Positions 12,514 to 23,454 of a DNA stretch of 64,000 nucleotides are shown one piece after another. The stretch's first letter is position 1. Every line of letters starts with the position of its first letter. The translations under genes were made by a program, and so were the position numbers. Under the pieces are notes generated by a model. It was not told where the DNA came from, searched no databases, and saw nothing but the letters and a program-made list of their open reading frames with translations. The stretch comes from Psammoneis japonica. Lineage: Eukaryota. The stretch is from contig QPGO01000025.1 of assembly GCA_008632985.1 (NCBI GenBank), forward strand, positions 248,001 through 312,000, written 5' to 3'.

Positions 12514-13830
12514 ATGAGTGCTCCATCGACGGACGATACACCTGCTTCAAAAGGGTGGATCCTGGATCTTCCCTCTGCAGTTGGTCAGGACATAGTCTCC
12601 TTTTTGGATCCAGGTGATCGTCTATCGCTCACTCTTGTGAGTAAAGATTTCAAGGACGAAATGGTCGAACCATTTTGTCAGCGTGTGTTGGAAGAGCTCA
12701 AGACATTACACGAAGTTGACCCTGCATTCGATGATCGCATTCGAGACATACTCGTAGAGGGGCTGGATGAAGACCGAGACGTTTTCCCTCCACGTTGCAA
12801 ACTGATCGCCGCCAGGAGAACAAGCCTGCGTAAAATTATGATTGAAGAAGTGGAAGATCCATTTGAAGAGGACGGACATGGAATCTATTACACAGCGCTC
12901 TCTCCATCTGGAAACCTCATTGTCACTGTTGAAGACTGTAATCAAGTTGATCCTCCTCGAGGCATTACCACGCGTCTATTTGATCTTGAGACGCACCGTC
13001 GATTCTTCACTCATGACGGCGATGACGCAGATGATGTTTCAAGCGTACATCATTTTGGCAACCGTATGGTCATCAGTAGAGCAGCTTTTAGGTTCGAGGT
13101 CTGGAGCCCTGGGGACACAGGAAATTGGCAGATTGAGCATGACACCCTTTTCTCTCACGAGAGGCCAACTGATCGCGGAGAATGGTTCGCGGCGGGAGAA
13201 GATTCATATGATGGACAACTTCTTTTCATTGTATCTGGTACCGAGTCCGTCCGCGTCTTTTCTCTAGACCCGGTTACAGGAGTTATCATGGAGCTCCTTG
13301 AGTTACCTTTTGGTGGAGGCGCTTGTAGACATGCGCCTTGGTGCAATGCATGTATCTGTGGAGAGAAGTGGTATGTCATATTTGTACTCTAAGGTCCCTC
13401 AGGGGTATATGTGATCGATCTCGAGACGAAAACAATGAAATCATTCATGCAGCTACCAGCGATTCGTTTGGACAGCGGACCGTTGAAACCAGTGGATGAT
13501 TCAAATGTCATGTACGTCGCATTCCAGGAAAGTGCCAGTTTGTTCAAGCTGAGCGACAGCGGCAGTATGCACAGATCCCCTGCTGCTTTGATAAATGACC
13601 CTATTGCAGTAACAAAATCTCATTTGTTTGTAAGAGAAGAGGGCAACATTGTCGCCTATGGAATCACAACAGGCAAACGTGAATTTTCCTGGTACTGCGA
13701 CTTTGTCCATCCCAGTGATAGATCTAATGGAAAGGTTGCTGCGGCGGTTTCAGTGGGTCGCAGTGAGATTTTCATTGCTCCGGATGGAGCCAACTTGACA
13801 GTATATTGTTTGGATGAACCAAAGCTCTAG
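12514..13830 (+). pseudogene. F-box-like N-terminus plus probable beta-propeller, interrupted by one in-frame TAA (13390-13392)
   Basis: LDLPSAVGQDIVSFLDPGDRLSLTLVSKDF resembles an F-box; ORFs 12514-13392 and 13411-13830 are in the same frame and read continuously across the stop. Confidence 0.55.
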
Positions 13831-13979
13831 AGAGGGAGTAGTACAGAGACAGCAAGGTGTAACTAAAAAGTTAGAGGATGCCGTGCGAGTACGGTAGAGG
13901 CACGGAGTAAAACCAGTAGGACAACAGCACTTTGAATTCTCCCTCTAGAAAGCAAGAGATGCTATCTGCTACCTGGCTG

Positions 13980-13982
<3 letters not shown>

Positions 13983-14010
<28 letters not shown>
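13983..14010. repeat. (CT)n microsatellite
   Basis: Direct reading. Confidence 0.9.
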
Positions 14011-14313
14011 AGCTAGAGAGCTGGACTCTCTCGTACCCTAATGCAGAGGAACAACTTCGAGTATCAATCATCTTGCTTGCTGGTTTGCTCGACAGGTTCG
14101 AAAAACCGAAACACGACTGAAGACAACTCTCAGTCATGTGCGATAAATTTAGATAATAGGAGTTCGCTCATTTCCGTTGGGATCGCGCGGGCTCCGATGC
14201 GAGGCGTACTGTACTTACTGTAAAGGGTGTGCGGACGGACGGCTCCGCGAAATCTCGATCAACAATGGACCGCGACCCGCAAAGCAATCAATAGCGGGTA
14301 ACACATTGCGGCA

Positions 14314-15449
14314 ATGGTACTTTTCGGTTCATGTACGGCCATATCGGTTGTTCTCTTATCGATTCTATTGTTGCTACCTCTGGATCCCAGCGTCATCGTT
14401 GGTGACTTCACCCCAACAAAATACACCGGCAAGGCCAATCCTCTCGCGGATGACAGCATTCGCGTGCAAGATTTCTATTTCGAGTCAGGAACGGCGGTGC
14501 CCAAGGACAAATGCCATGCCTGGTTGTACACCAAGAGAACCGAGGCTTCCTCGGCGCCTCTTCCAGTCATCATAATGGCAGGTGGCTTAGGAACGCAAAA
14601 GGATTTTGGGCTCGACCGATATGCGAGCAAATTTGTGGAGGACGGCGACATGGCTGTTTTCTTGTTTGACTATCGCAACTTTGGGGCTTCAACGGGTGTT
14701 CCTCGGAATTGGATTTCACCTGGTCGACACTTGGAGGACTATCGAGCTGCTATGGTATATTTGCATTCTACAGGAGGGCTCGACGGTCAGGTTGACACAA
14801 GCAAAATAGGATTATGGGGCACTTCGTTTTCCGGAGGGCATGTTCTCGAATTATTGGGATCCTCCAATCCACTAGGGGCGTTAAAGCCATCGTTTCGCAG
14901 GTACCACATTTGAGTGGCGAACGAGCATCAAAACAAGGGCTCAAGACCCGTGGCATTTTCAAAATGCTACGCATGGCACTATCAGCATTACAAGATGCGG
15001 CGAGGACCTTTGTTGGTTTGTCACCTGTATCTGTACGAATCATTGATGGAACGGGTAAAGAATTGGCACTCATGTCCGTGACACCCACAGAACACGACAA
15101 GTATATGGCCAAACAACCACCGCCGGCACAAAAACTGGGAGGTTGGCAGAATCAAGCAGTGGCGAGGTTTCTAATTGAACTACGTTGGTACAACCCCCTC
15201 AACTCTCTGCAAGAAAAGTTTGGTGCATCTCGCAGCACCTCCATGCAGCAAACCACTCCTCCTGTCTTGTTGATTGGAGCCAAGGAAGATAGGTTGTGTT
15301 CACTCGACCTCATCCAGCAAGCACATGATATTCTACCCAATTCACACTTGATGATACGAGAAGGAAGTCACTTTGATATCTATGAACCATGGAATCACCA
15401 GGAGGTTGGTGCTGCTATGACCATTTTCTTTCGATCCAACTTATCTTGA
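14314..15449 (+). CDS. Alpha/beta hydrolase with N-terminal hydrophobic segment; one frameshift near 14875
   Basis: FDYRNFGASTG, nucleophile elbow GTSFSGG, GAKEDRL, GSHFDIY; frames join in a G-run (ctaggggcgtt). Confidence 0.8.
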
Positions 15450-16093
15450 GGAAAAAGCCTACAGCAATTCGATTGACAATTCGATTCGTTTCCTAGTTGC
15501 GTCACTACCAATGTGTTGCTTGACCAGGAAGCGACTGTCGTCTCACAGAGTAGACAAGCTATCTACAATTTTAGAATACGTTCGATCAAGCGCAGCCATA
15601 TTCTCTGCTTCATGTGAGGTCATTTCCTGCAATGGCCATGTCCACACGACTATCCTTCGCAGCTTCGAACATTGGTGGCCCCGTAGTCCCTCGTCATTGA
15701 TGGCACTGCAACGGGAAAAGTCAGACAAAAGCAACACAAGTTGAATACTGTAAACTAGAGACAACTGCTCGCTGGAGAGTAGATAATATATCGAAAGGAG
15801 AGCAATCAGCACTGTCACTGTCTTAAAGACGAAGGCGCTTTTGCCTGATCCTGCCTCCCGTCGCCCAACGTGCGTCTGTCTGCAGTGTACGTACCCCCTT
15901 GCTCACGTCAGTCTACTCAGCTCGCTGACTGAGTGAGTACATACTACAATTTCAACGTGGAATTTTACGTAAAATTTGACACTTTCCCGCGCTTCTCGCA
16001 AAATGCCGACGACTACCACCACGTTTGGTCTGTTGAAGAGAGTAAAAGCTGTTTGCCTTGCTACCAAAGAACAATTGGTTCCAGGCTCTCATC

Positions 16094-17176
16094 ATGAATG
16101 TAATCATGCGTGTCACGTGCTATACTGTCCTCTTTTCGATGCTGATTTTGCGGACAACAGCTTTTGTGGCGCCGAAACCTGTTCACAGCGGCTTTCCCGC
16201 CAGTCTAATTGCTGTTCGTGTACCTAGTGAGAATGCAGTGTCGACAGCTACACAAACGTTTATGATACCACCAGCGGTAGTACCCGTGCTTGCAGGAAGC
16301 CTGGCTGGAGCTGTGGGAGTTGGAGTTGCGTTTCCACTAGATACACTGAAAACAAAATCGCAGGTGATGAGAAAAGAAGTGGGAGGAGGAAACCCTGGTC
16401 CTGAAGCATCGGTATCGGGAACCGCCGCCGCCGTTGCAGTCTCCAGCAGAGATCCTTCACAGATGAATATGTTTCAATTAATCGCTAAAATTTACAAGAA
16501 AGAAGGCATTGAAGGCTTCTTTGGGGGAGTCAAGGGCATGATGGTTGGGCAGGCATTGATCAAGGCTCTGGCGTTTTCGGCAAACGATTTTGGGCTTACA
16601 ATGTTACAGCCTTACAGTGATACTTTGTCGTCGGTGACGGTGTTGATCTTGGCGGCGTGCTTTTCTGGTTTTGTCACTTCCTTTCTTGTCACACCCGTGG
16701 AACGAATCAAAGTCATGATGCAAGCCAGTGGCACATCCTTGTACAGGAATGAAATCGATTGCCTCAAGAAAGTTTTGCGAACAGAGGGCTGGACTGGACT
16801 CATGGGACGTGGCCTGGGAACCACTTTGGCAAGAGAGATTCCCAGCTACGGTATTTACTTTGTGGTGTACGGATTCATGATGAAGACCGTCTTGGCAACT
16901 TGGTTGGGTCCCGCGGCTCCACTTGTGTTTGGTGCTGCGAGTGGAATGGCAAGTTGGATACCCGTATATCCCGTCGACTGCGTCAAAACATTGCAACAAA
17001 ATACAGCGGGAGGTGATGAGGAAAAATCTGCATGGGAAGTTACAAAGCAGCTCTACAAAGAGGAAGGTATTGGAGGATTCTTTGACGGTCTTACTCCCAA
17101 GATGCTGCGCGCGGCTGTTAACCACTCTGTCACATTTTTCATGTACGACCTAGTGGTGAAGGCGCTTTCAGCATGA
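16094..17176 (+). CDS. Mitochondrial carrier family (SLC25) protein with bipartite plastid-type presequence
   Basis: Three PxDxxKxx motifs (PLDTLKTK, PVERIKVM, PVDCVKTL); hydrophobic leader followed by TTAFVAP. Confidence 0.9.
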   Translation: MNVIMRVTCYTVLFSMLILRTTAFVAPKPVHSGFPASLIAVRVPSENAVSTATQTFMIPPAVVPVLAGSLAGAVGVGVAFPLDTLKTKSQVMRKEVGGGNPGPEASVSGTAAAVAVSSRDPSQMNMFQLIAKIYKKEGIEGFFGGVKGMMVGQALIKALAFSANDFGLTMLQPYSDTLSSVTVLILAACFSGFVTSFLVTPVERIKVMMQASGTSLYRNEIDCLKKVLRTEGWTGLMGRGLGTTLAREIPSYGIYFVVYGFMMKTVLATWLGPAAPLVFGAASGMASWIPVYPVDCVKTLQQNTAGGDEEKSAWEVTKQLYKEEGIGGFFDGLTPKMLRAAVNHSVTFFMYDLVVKALSA

Positions 17177-17283
17177 TCCCATTTTTCATAATAGACTAAA
17201 CATTGTTAGTCAGAGGGAAGTTTCGCTTGTAATACAATTCCGGTTGAGTCGGATGTACTGCTTGTAGAGGTTGTTTGAGTCTC

Positions 17284-17988
17284 CTATTGCGGTTCGTATC
17301 GATCTGATGGTACAATGGCTATTGCGTCGTGTCCCCTGGGAACTCTTCCAACACAGGGTCTGACATATCGTGGTTCACCAGATCCATACAATAAGGTTTG
17401 TTCACATGTCCCACATCCTCCGTTTGAGCACGAGTAGGCGATATCATTGACTCCAGCAGCGGAGGCAAGCTCCTTGAGCGAAGTTCCCGGCGGAGCCGCA
17501 ATAGCCACACCATTTCCAAACTTGACTGATACGTATCCATCAGGTCGACTCAAAGTGCATTGTACTGGACTTGGTGCAAGTGAGATTTTCTCCATCACGT
17601 CTTCAAAGCTCCAATCATCACAGTTTTGTCCGTTGATCGCTACGATTTCATCTCCACAACAAACATCGGCTCTTCCTATATAGGACTCTTTGGCGGCTGA
17701 ACCACCAGGATCCATCTGTAGTATAAAAACACCACCATTTCGACTTTCTTCCAAAATCAGTCCCATTGGTTTGGGGAGTTCCACGGTTCTTAGTGTTGAC
17801 GGAGAATTGTCCTCGTTTGCCGCTCCAAGAACGAAAGATTTTTTCTCACGTCTGATTGAGCAAATGTTTTTGGAATTGACAATCAGCAATGATGAAACAA
17901 AAGCAACACAAATGTGGCATATAAAAAATGCGAGTACCAAAATCCTAAATTGTCGCTGGTGCAGGGCAACGGCGGCGGACGCCGCCAT
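17284..17988 (-). CDS. PDZ domain plus 2Fe-2S ferredoxin-like domain protein, probably plastid-targeted
   Basis: PKPMGLILEE...GDEIVAINGQ (PDZ); YSCSNGGCGTC...PC (2Fe-2S); signal peptide plus AF motif. Confidence 0.8.
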   Translation of the reverse strand: MAASAAVALHQRQFRILVLAFFICHICVAFVSSLLIVNSKNICSIRREKKSFVLGAANEDNSPSTLRTVELPKPMGLILEESRNGGVFILQMDPGGSAAKESYIGRADVCCGDEIVAINGQNCDDWSFEDVMEKISLAPSPVQCTLSRPDGYVSVKFGNGVAIAAPPGTSLKELASAAGVNDIAYSCSNGGCGTCEQTLLYGSGEPRYVRPCVGRVPRGHDAIAIVPSDRYEPQ

Positions 17989-18442
17989 GGTTGGTTTCGA
18001 AAAAGGAAAAAGTGAGCGAGAAGCGAGGGGCGAGGGGGCGAAGGCTTACAAATCTTTGACTGAAGGACAGACGCAAAATCTTCGGATGCAGTTTACGTAT
18101 TTTTGTACGAGGACTTCCGTAAGTACTTTTCCAGTATAGTTCTACATACGACGTTGAGAGACAATGAGCGACGGTCACGCAAGTGTTTTTCGCTGGTACA
18201 AAACCATGTTCAACTGCCGTAGCCGTCGAAAGCCATTGCGGTGTGTTTGTTAGAACCGACGACAAGAGCGACTTTTGTTGTTTTTGTTTTGCATAATTCA
18301 TTCTGACCCCAACTCTATTGTCGTATCCACGGCCATTGATGAGGTCCATTTGTATTCAAGAAGAAATAACAAAGCGAAGAAGAGCAAGAGTGTTGCATAA
18401 TAAGAAGTGTTGCAGGTTACACGTTGAAGATCTCGTCGTACC

Positions 18443-20599
18443 ATGTCGAACTTACGAAAGCTTCAGAGTGAGTTTGAGCTATAGGTTAGAGTTTCGTTTG
18501 TGTTTATGGAGTATTCTGTGGCCTCATGCTATTTTTGTTGATTTTCAGCCGAGATTGATCGGGTTATGAAAAAGGTGGATGAGGGGGTTGAGCTGTTTGA
18601 TGAGATATGGGAGAAGGTGTATTCGGCAGAGCAGCAAAATCAAAAGGAGAAGTTTGAGATGGATCTGAAGAAGGAAATCAAAAAGCTTCAGCGACTGAGA
18701 GATCAGATAAAGACATGGATCGGGAGTAACGATGTCAAGGACAAGGACAATCTGATTGAAGCACGCAAGTTGATTGAGACCAAGATGGAGCAGTTTAAGA
18801 TTTGTGAAAAGGAAACCAAAACAAAAACTTACTCAAAGGAGGGATTGGCGCGCCAGGAGAAGCTTGATCCAGCCGAGGAAGCTAAACAGAAGACTACAAA
18901 GTGGCTTGCAGAGTACATTGAAAAGTTTAGCTCGCTTGTAGAGGACCATGAAGTAGAGATTGAAAGGTTGTCTGCTGGCAAGGGGAAGAAGACGAACAAG
19001 CACGAGATCGAGGAGTTCAACGACTACATCACCAACCATAAGTATCATATCAACAAGCTAGAGGGCATCATGCGTCTCGTGAACAATGATCGACTTGACG
19101 TTGAGCCGGTTGACAATCTTAAGGAAGATCTCGACTACTACTTGGAGGCTTACGAAGACGAGGACTATATTCAATCCTACGACGAAGAGTACTTTTACGA
19201 GAGCTTGGGCTTGGAGGAACTTGCTGTAGTAAACGTCGATCGGGTGACGCAACGGAACGCAGCAGGGCGTTCTTCCAGTTCTGCATCGATGGATGATGAG
19301 TCCATGTCTTCGTCCAAGACTGGCGGAAAGGAAAAATCGTCAAAGAAGAAGGCTTCCTCAAACGTTATTCCCTTGACGATTGGGAGAGCACGAGCTACTA
19401 GCTCCGGAGAGCCAAAGCCTTCAACACCTAGTAAGATTGGACGTGGGTCGTCGATTCCCGCTGCTCAAACCAACAACAGCAACCACAGCGGAGTTGGGCT
19501 CGGTCCGGCACCCAAACCAGCACCGCCCGTGCAAACTGGTGGGGCAAGTATGGCATCGATTCTTAAGCGTGAAAGTGATCAACAAGAAAAGGAAAGACAA
19601 AAGGCGCTTCAGCAGCAGCAGGTAAGTCGCACGGACTTTTTCTGGTTGCGTTGCAATATTGTACGTTGCCGGTTCCTTACGTGCTGTTCTCTGTGTTGAT
19701 ACCAGCTACTCCGTGAACAACAGGCACGTGCTCAGCAAGAGCAGCTTCGACAACAGCAGTTGCTTCGACAGCAACAGGAGCAGGCACAACAACAATTGCG
19801 TCAGCAGGAAGCTCTTCGCCAACAACAACAGCAGCAACAGCAAAAGGCGGCTGCTCAGCAAGAGGCGCTCAAGCGTCAGCAGATTCAGTTGCAAGAGCAG
19901 CAGGCCCAACAACAGCGTGCACAGCAAGAAGCGGCTGTAAAGCAACAGCAGCAGCTTCAGGCGCAGCAGCAAGCGGAACAAAGCAAGCTGGCCCAGCAAC
20001 GAGCGGCGAGTGGAGGAGGAAGTGGCGTCGGTCTCGACATTCTCAGTTCTGGCCTTGGTGGTCTTAGCCTCGGCGTAGAACAACGTCAATCTGATGGTCT
20101 CTCCTCCCCAATGCCATCGGTTGCAGCAGTATCCCCTCAACCTACCCAGCCGTCGTCCTCTGTGGATTCAAGTGCATACTTGTCTGCGTTGAACGAATCT
20201 TATGCTCACATTCCGTCTGGCAGCGATAGCGAGAGACAGCGGACTTACACCCCGAAAAATCCCTACCCTACCCCGAACTCATATCCTTCTGCACCTTTGC
20301 CTCTCTTTGAAAATGCGGCTGTCTTTGAAAAGCTTGGAACAGACTGTCTATTTTTCATCTTTTACTACTCCCAGGGCACCTACCAGCAGTACTTGGCCGC
20401 ACGCGAGCTCAAGAAGCAGAGCTGGAGGTACCATAAGAAGTACATGACGTGGTTCCAGAGGCATGAAGAACCCAAGGTGACAACGGATGAGTACGAGGAG
20501 GGATCCTATCTCTTTTTTGACTTTGAAGCGGGTTGGTGTCAACGTATCAAACACGACTTTAGGTTTGAGTACCGGTTCTTGGAAGATTCGTTGGCTTGA
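18443..20599 (+). CDS. NOT3: CCR4-NOT complex subunit NOT3/NOT5, 3 exons (18443-18467, 18549-19621, 19706-20599)
   Basis: MSNLRKLQTEIDRVMKKVDEG..., LKKEIKKLQRLRDQIKTW; NOT-box LFFIFYYSQGTYQQYLAARELKKQSWRYH; both GT-AG introns restore the frame. Confidence 0.95.
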
Positions 20600-20969
20600 G
20601 GGGAAAGATTAGATCATAGCAAGGCGTAACTTAAGGAATGGTAGTTCTGATACGGATCTCTTTGGTTTTCTATTGAGTACACGAGGACGTTCGATTTTAG
20701 CCCTACGAGGGCCCTAGAGGCCCTACTCGAGGTGAGACTACGACATACCGGGTACTACTAGCTAGAGGGCGAAAGAAGCGCAAAAGCCTAAGCACTATCA
20801 AAACATATCGCATTCGTTCTCAGTACAGATTTTACGTGGAAGCTACGTGGTCATTCCTAACGGTCGCGGGCTGGCGGGTCACCAAAGTTCCAACGCAGTC
20901 CAACAGCAACAGCGACGACGAGATAGTAGAGTGGGAAAAACTGTGTTTGCTGTCTAAGTAAGGCTCACC

Positions 20970-23330
20970 ATGTTTAGCGGAAACTGGCTCCCGAGTGATG
21001 CTGCAAAAGGCGTGGTATCGGCCCTGGAAAGAACCGGTGATGCAATTACAAAGAGTGCGACGAAAGCTGCTCAAGCGTCCCGATCTTCAAAGGAGGAAAC
21101 TTCAGAGGCAGAAAGCAAGCCACAAGATGAGGAAGTTTCATCCAGCAGAAAGGAAATGATGGGTAAATTAAGAGGAGGTTGGTCGTCCGTTATGGAAGTA
21201 ACAAAGAGTGCTATTGAAAATACCCGCGAGGCCGTTGAGAAGGAGCAATCGAGATTTTTTGCCCCGAAAGGACCTTATAAGCGCGACCCAAAGCTACCGC
21301 TCGATGTGGATGCCCTGAGAGACGCGGAGGTTGTCTATGTCACAGATCGACTGATAACGATGAGCCATCCTGCTATGCAATCGCCTGTAGATGGAGACAT
21401 TACTCCAGATCGAAAGCTCGCTGCGGTAGGACACTTGCTTCAGAGACGACACGGCGGTCGCTACATGGTGTGGAATTTGAGTGAAGTTGAATACGACATT
21501 TCAGTGTTAGAGGACCAGGTCTTGACATTTCAATTCCCTGGTTCACCCTCGCCTCCACTTGGTTTGCTTTTGAAGTTACTAATTAGCATGGAATCGTGGC
21601 TCAAGGCGGACGAACGCAATGTCGCTGTTGTGCATTGCTTGACGGGACGGGGGCGAACCTCCACGGTGCTTGCCGCCTTTTTATGCTGGACCGGTGAGGC
21701 GGGTTTCAAGGATGTGAACTCGGCACTGGACTATGTCGCTCGGTGCAAGCATGTTTCATTAGAGGAACTTACAATTCCTAGCCAACGGCGCTACGTGTCG
21801 TACTTTGCAAACATGCTGGATGGCGTAAGGCCGTCTCAGCCTCCCTTATTGTTGAAGCGAGTTATTATGAGCGAGGCTCCGAAGGTAGGAAGAATGATCT
21901 TGATCGAATGCAGGCACCGATTTGGTTCTTATCTGACACTTTTGCTTGCGCACGTTTTTCAGTTTGGTAAAGGCCCTACCAAACCGGGTGACTCGCAGTT
22001 GTCTCCGGATGGTGAAGGCGGCGCAGAAGAAAACGCGTTGCGAAAGGGTTGTGCTCCCTATCTTCAGATTTTCAAAGGAGGAAACCTGCTGTACACTACC
22101 GCTGCCACTGTCAAGTACGATCAAGACAAGGACGAACTCCCCTTTTGTTCGGTAGCGGACGGTGCAATTTCCTTTCACACGGAGCGTGTGTTGCAGGGAG
22201 ATATTTTGATGCGATGCCGCCATTTGACCAAATCGGGTCAACGTGTATCCATGTTTCGTGCAGCCTTTCACACGGGCTATGTCCCGCCGAGTGTGCTGAG
22301 GCTCACCAAAGCTCAGCTGGATGGTGCTTGTAACGATAAGCGGTTCCCGGATGATTTCTTTTTGGATTTGATCTTCGAAGCTTGTGACGCCGAGGTCGCC
22401 AGCAAGCACCTCCACGAAGGAAAGGAAGAAGCCGACGTGAGCGAAAACAGCGAGGATCAAGAGAAGAAAGAGGGAGATTCGACCAAGTCGGCTGAAGCGT
22501 CTGCAAAAGGGCCCAGCATTGTGACAGCCTCAGAGTATGACAGCATGTTGCATCGTGATTCGCGATTCTGGGATGTCATTGCTGAACGAAACAAGCGCAA
22601 GGCTGGAAAACCTGCGGAAGAGAAGGAAAACGAAACTTGGGGTCCCACTATTGGGCGAAGGCGCGAGTGGGATGAAAGCAAAACACCCAAGAAAGGGACA
22701 AAAGGAAATAAGGGCGAAGGGTCTCAAGAAGATGCTACGGAGCAGGAGAAACGACCATCGGCTCTGGAAACCTTTTCCATTGGCGAATTCGACTTCTTGC
22801 CCTCTGAAACGGATGGTGCAGGGGAACAAGCCAGAGAGCCCGGCGATCAGGACAAGAACGATTCGCCTCCTAAAGAACGCGATGAACTAATGGAGGCCTT
22901 GATGGCCATTGACGATGACGCTGGACTGTCGCCAGATGCTGTTCCAAAGAAGGTCGTGGAAGTAGAGACAGAAGAGATTGTCTTTGACACTGGGCCTGAC
23001 GAAGCACCGCAAGAAAATAAGCCAAATGCAACCGTGCCCGAGTCGAGCGCCAAGAAGAGTGACGAAGTATCTTCAGAAGCAGGACAAGCGAGCGTGCACG
23101 AGGAGGCGGCTGAGGTAACAGAGCCTTCCAAGCAAGATGACGCAGTACAAAATCTACTCGCAGATGCCGATTTGGACTTGGATGCAGATGTGGATGCTTT
23201 CCTCTCATCAGCGCAGGATGGTGGTGGAGACGCAGATGGAGCCACTGAAAATATGGATGACCTCCTCAACTTTGAGGATGACGAGGATCTGGAAGATCTA
23301 GAAAACTTCTTGACTCAGTCGTCGAAGTAA
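20970..23330 (+). CDS. PTEN/tensin-type phosphatase with C2 domain and acidic tail; 78-nt in-frame intron 21885-21962
   Basis: VVHCLTGRGRT P-loop, TIPSQRRYVSYF, MFRAAFHTGYV, RFPDDFFLDLIF. Confidence 0.9.
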   Translation: MFSGNWLPSDAAKGVVSALERTGDAITKSATKAAQASRSSKEETSEAESKPQDEEVSSSRKEMMGKLRGGWSSVMEVTKSAIENTREAVEKEQSRFFAPKGPYKRDPKLPLDVDALRDAEVVYVTDRLITMSHPAMQSPVDGDITPDRKLAAVGHLLQRRHGGRYMVWNLSEVEYDISVLEDQVLTFQFPGSPSPPLGLLLKLLISMESWLKADERNVAVVHCLTGRGRTSTVLAAFLCWTGEAGFKDVNSALDYVARCKHVSLEELTIPSQRRYVSYFANMLDGVRPSQPPLLLKRVIMSEAPKVGRMILIECRHRFGSYLTLLLAHVFQFGKGPTKPGDSQLSPDGEGGAEENALRKGCAPYLQIFKGGNLLYTTAATVKYDQDKDELPFCSVADGAISFHTERVLQGDILMRCRHLTKSGQRVSMFRAAFHTGYVPPSVLRLTKAQLDGACNDKRFPDDFFLDLIFEACDAEVASKHLHEGKEEADVSENSEDQEKKEGDSTKSAEASAKGPSIVTASEYDSMLHRDSRFWDVIAERNKRKAGKPAEEKENETWGPTIGRRREWDESKTPKKGTKGNKGEGSQEDATEQEKRPSALETFSIGEFDFLPSETDGAGEQAREPGDQDKNDSPPKERDELMEALMAIDDDAGLSPDAVPKKVVEVETEEIVFDTGPDEAPQENKPNATVPESSAKKSDEVSSEAGQASVHEEAAEVTEPSKQDDAVQNLLADADLDLDADVDAFLSSAQDGGGDADGATENMDDLLNFEDDEDLEDLENFLTQSSK

Positions 23331-23454
23331 AAAACTATTATGGGCGTTCTTGGTAGTTCCTGCTTCAATTCCTTTATTTTGTATAGTTCTCACTCCCTCT
23401 ACGAAAGGCTGAAACGGCGCTGCTCCACCAATACACCAAGAGTACTGTTTTTCT

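Noticed and set aside
19706..20140. Leu-rich minus-strand ORF
   Set aside because: Antisense shadow of the NOT3 polyglutamine tract.
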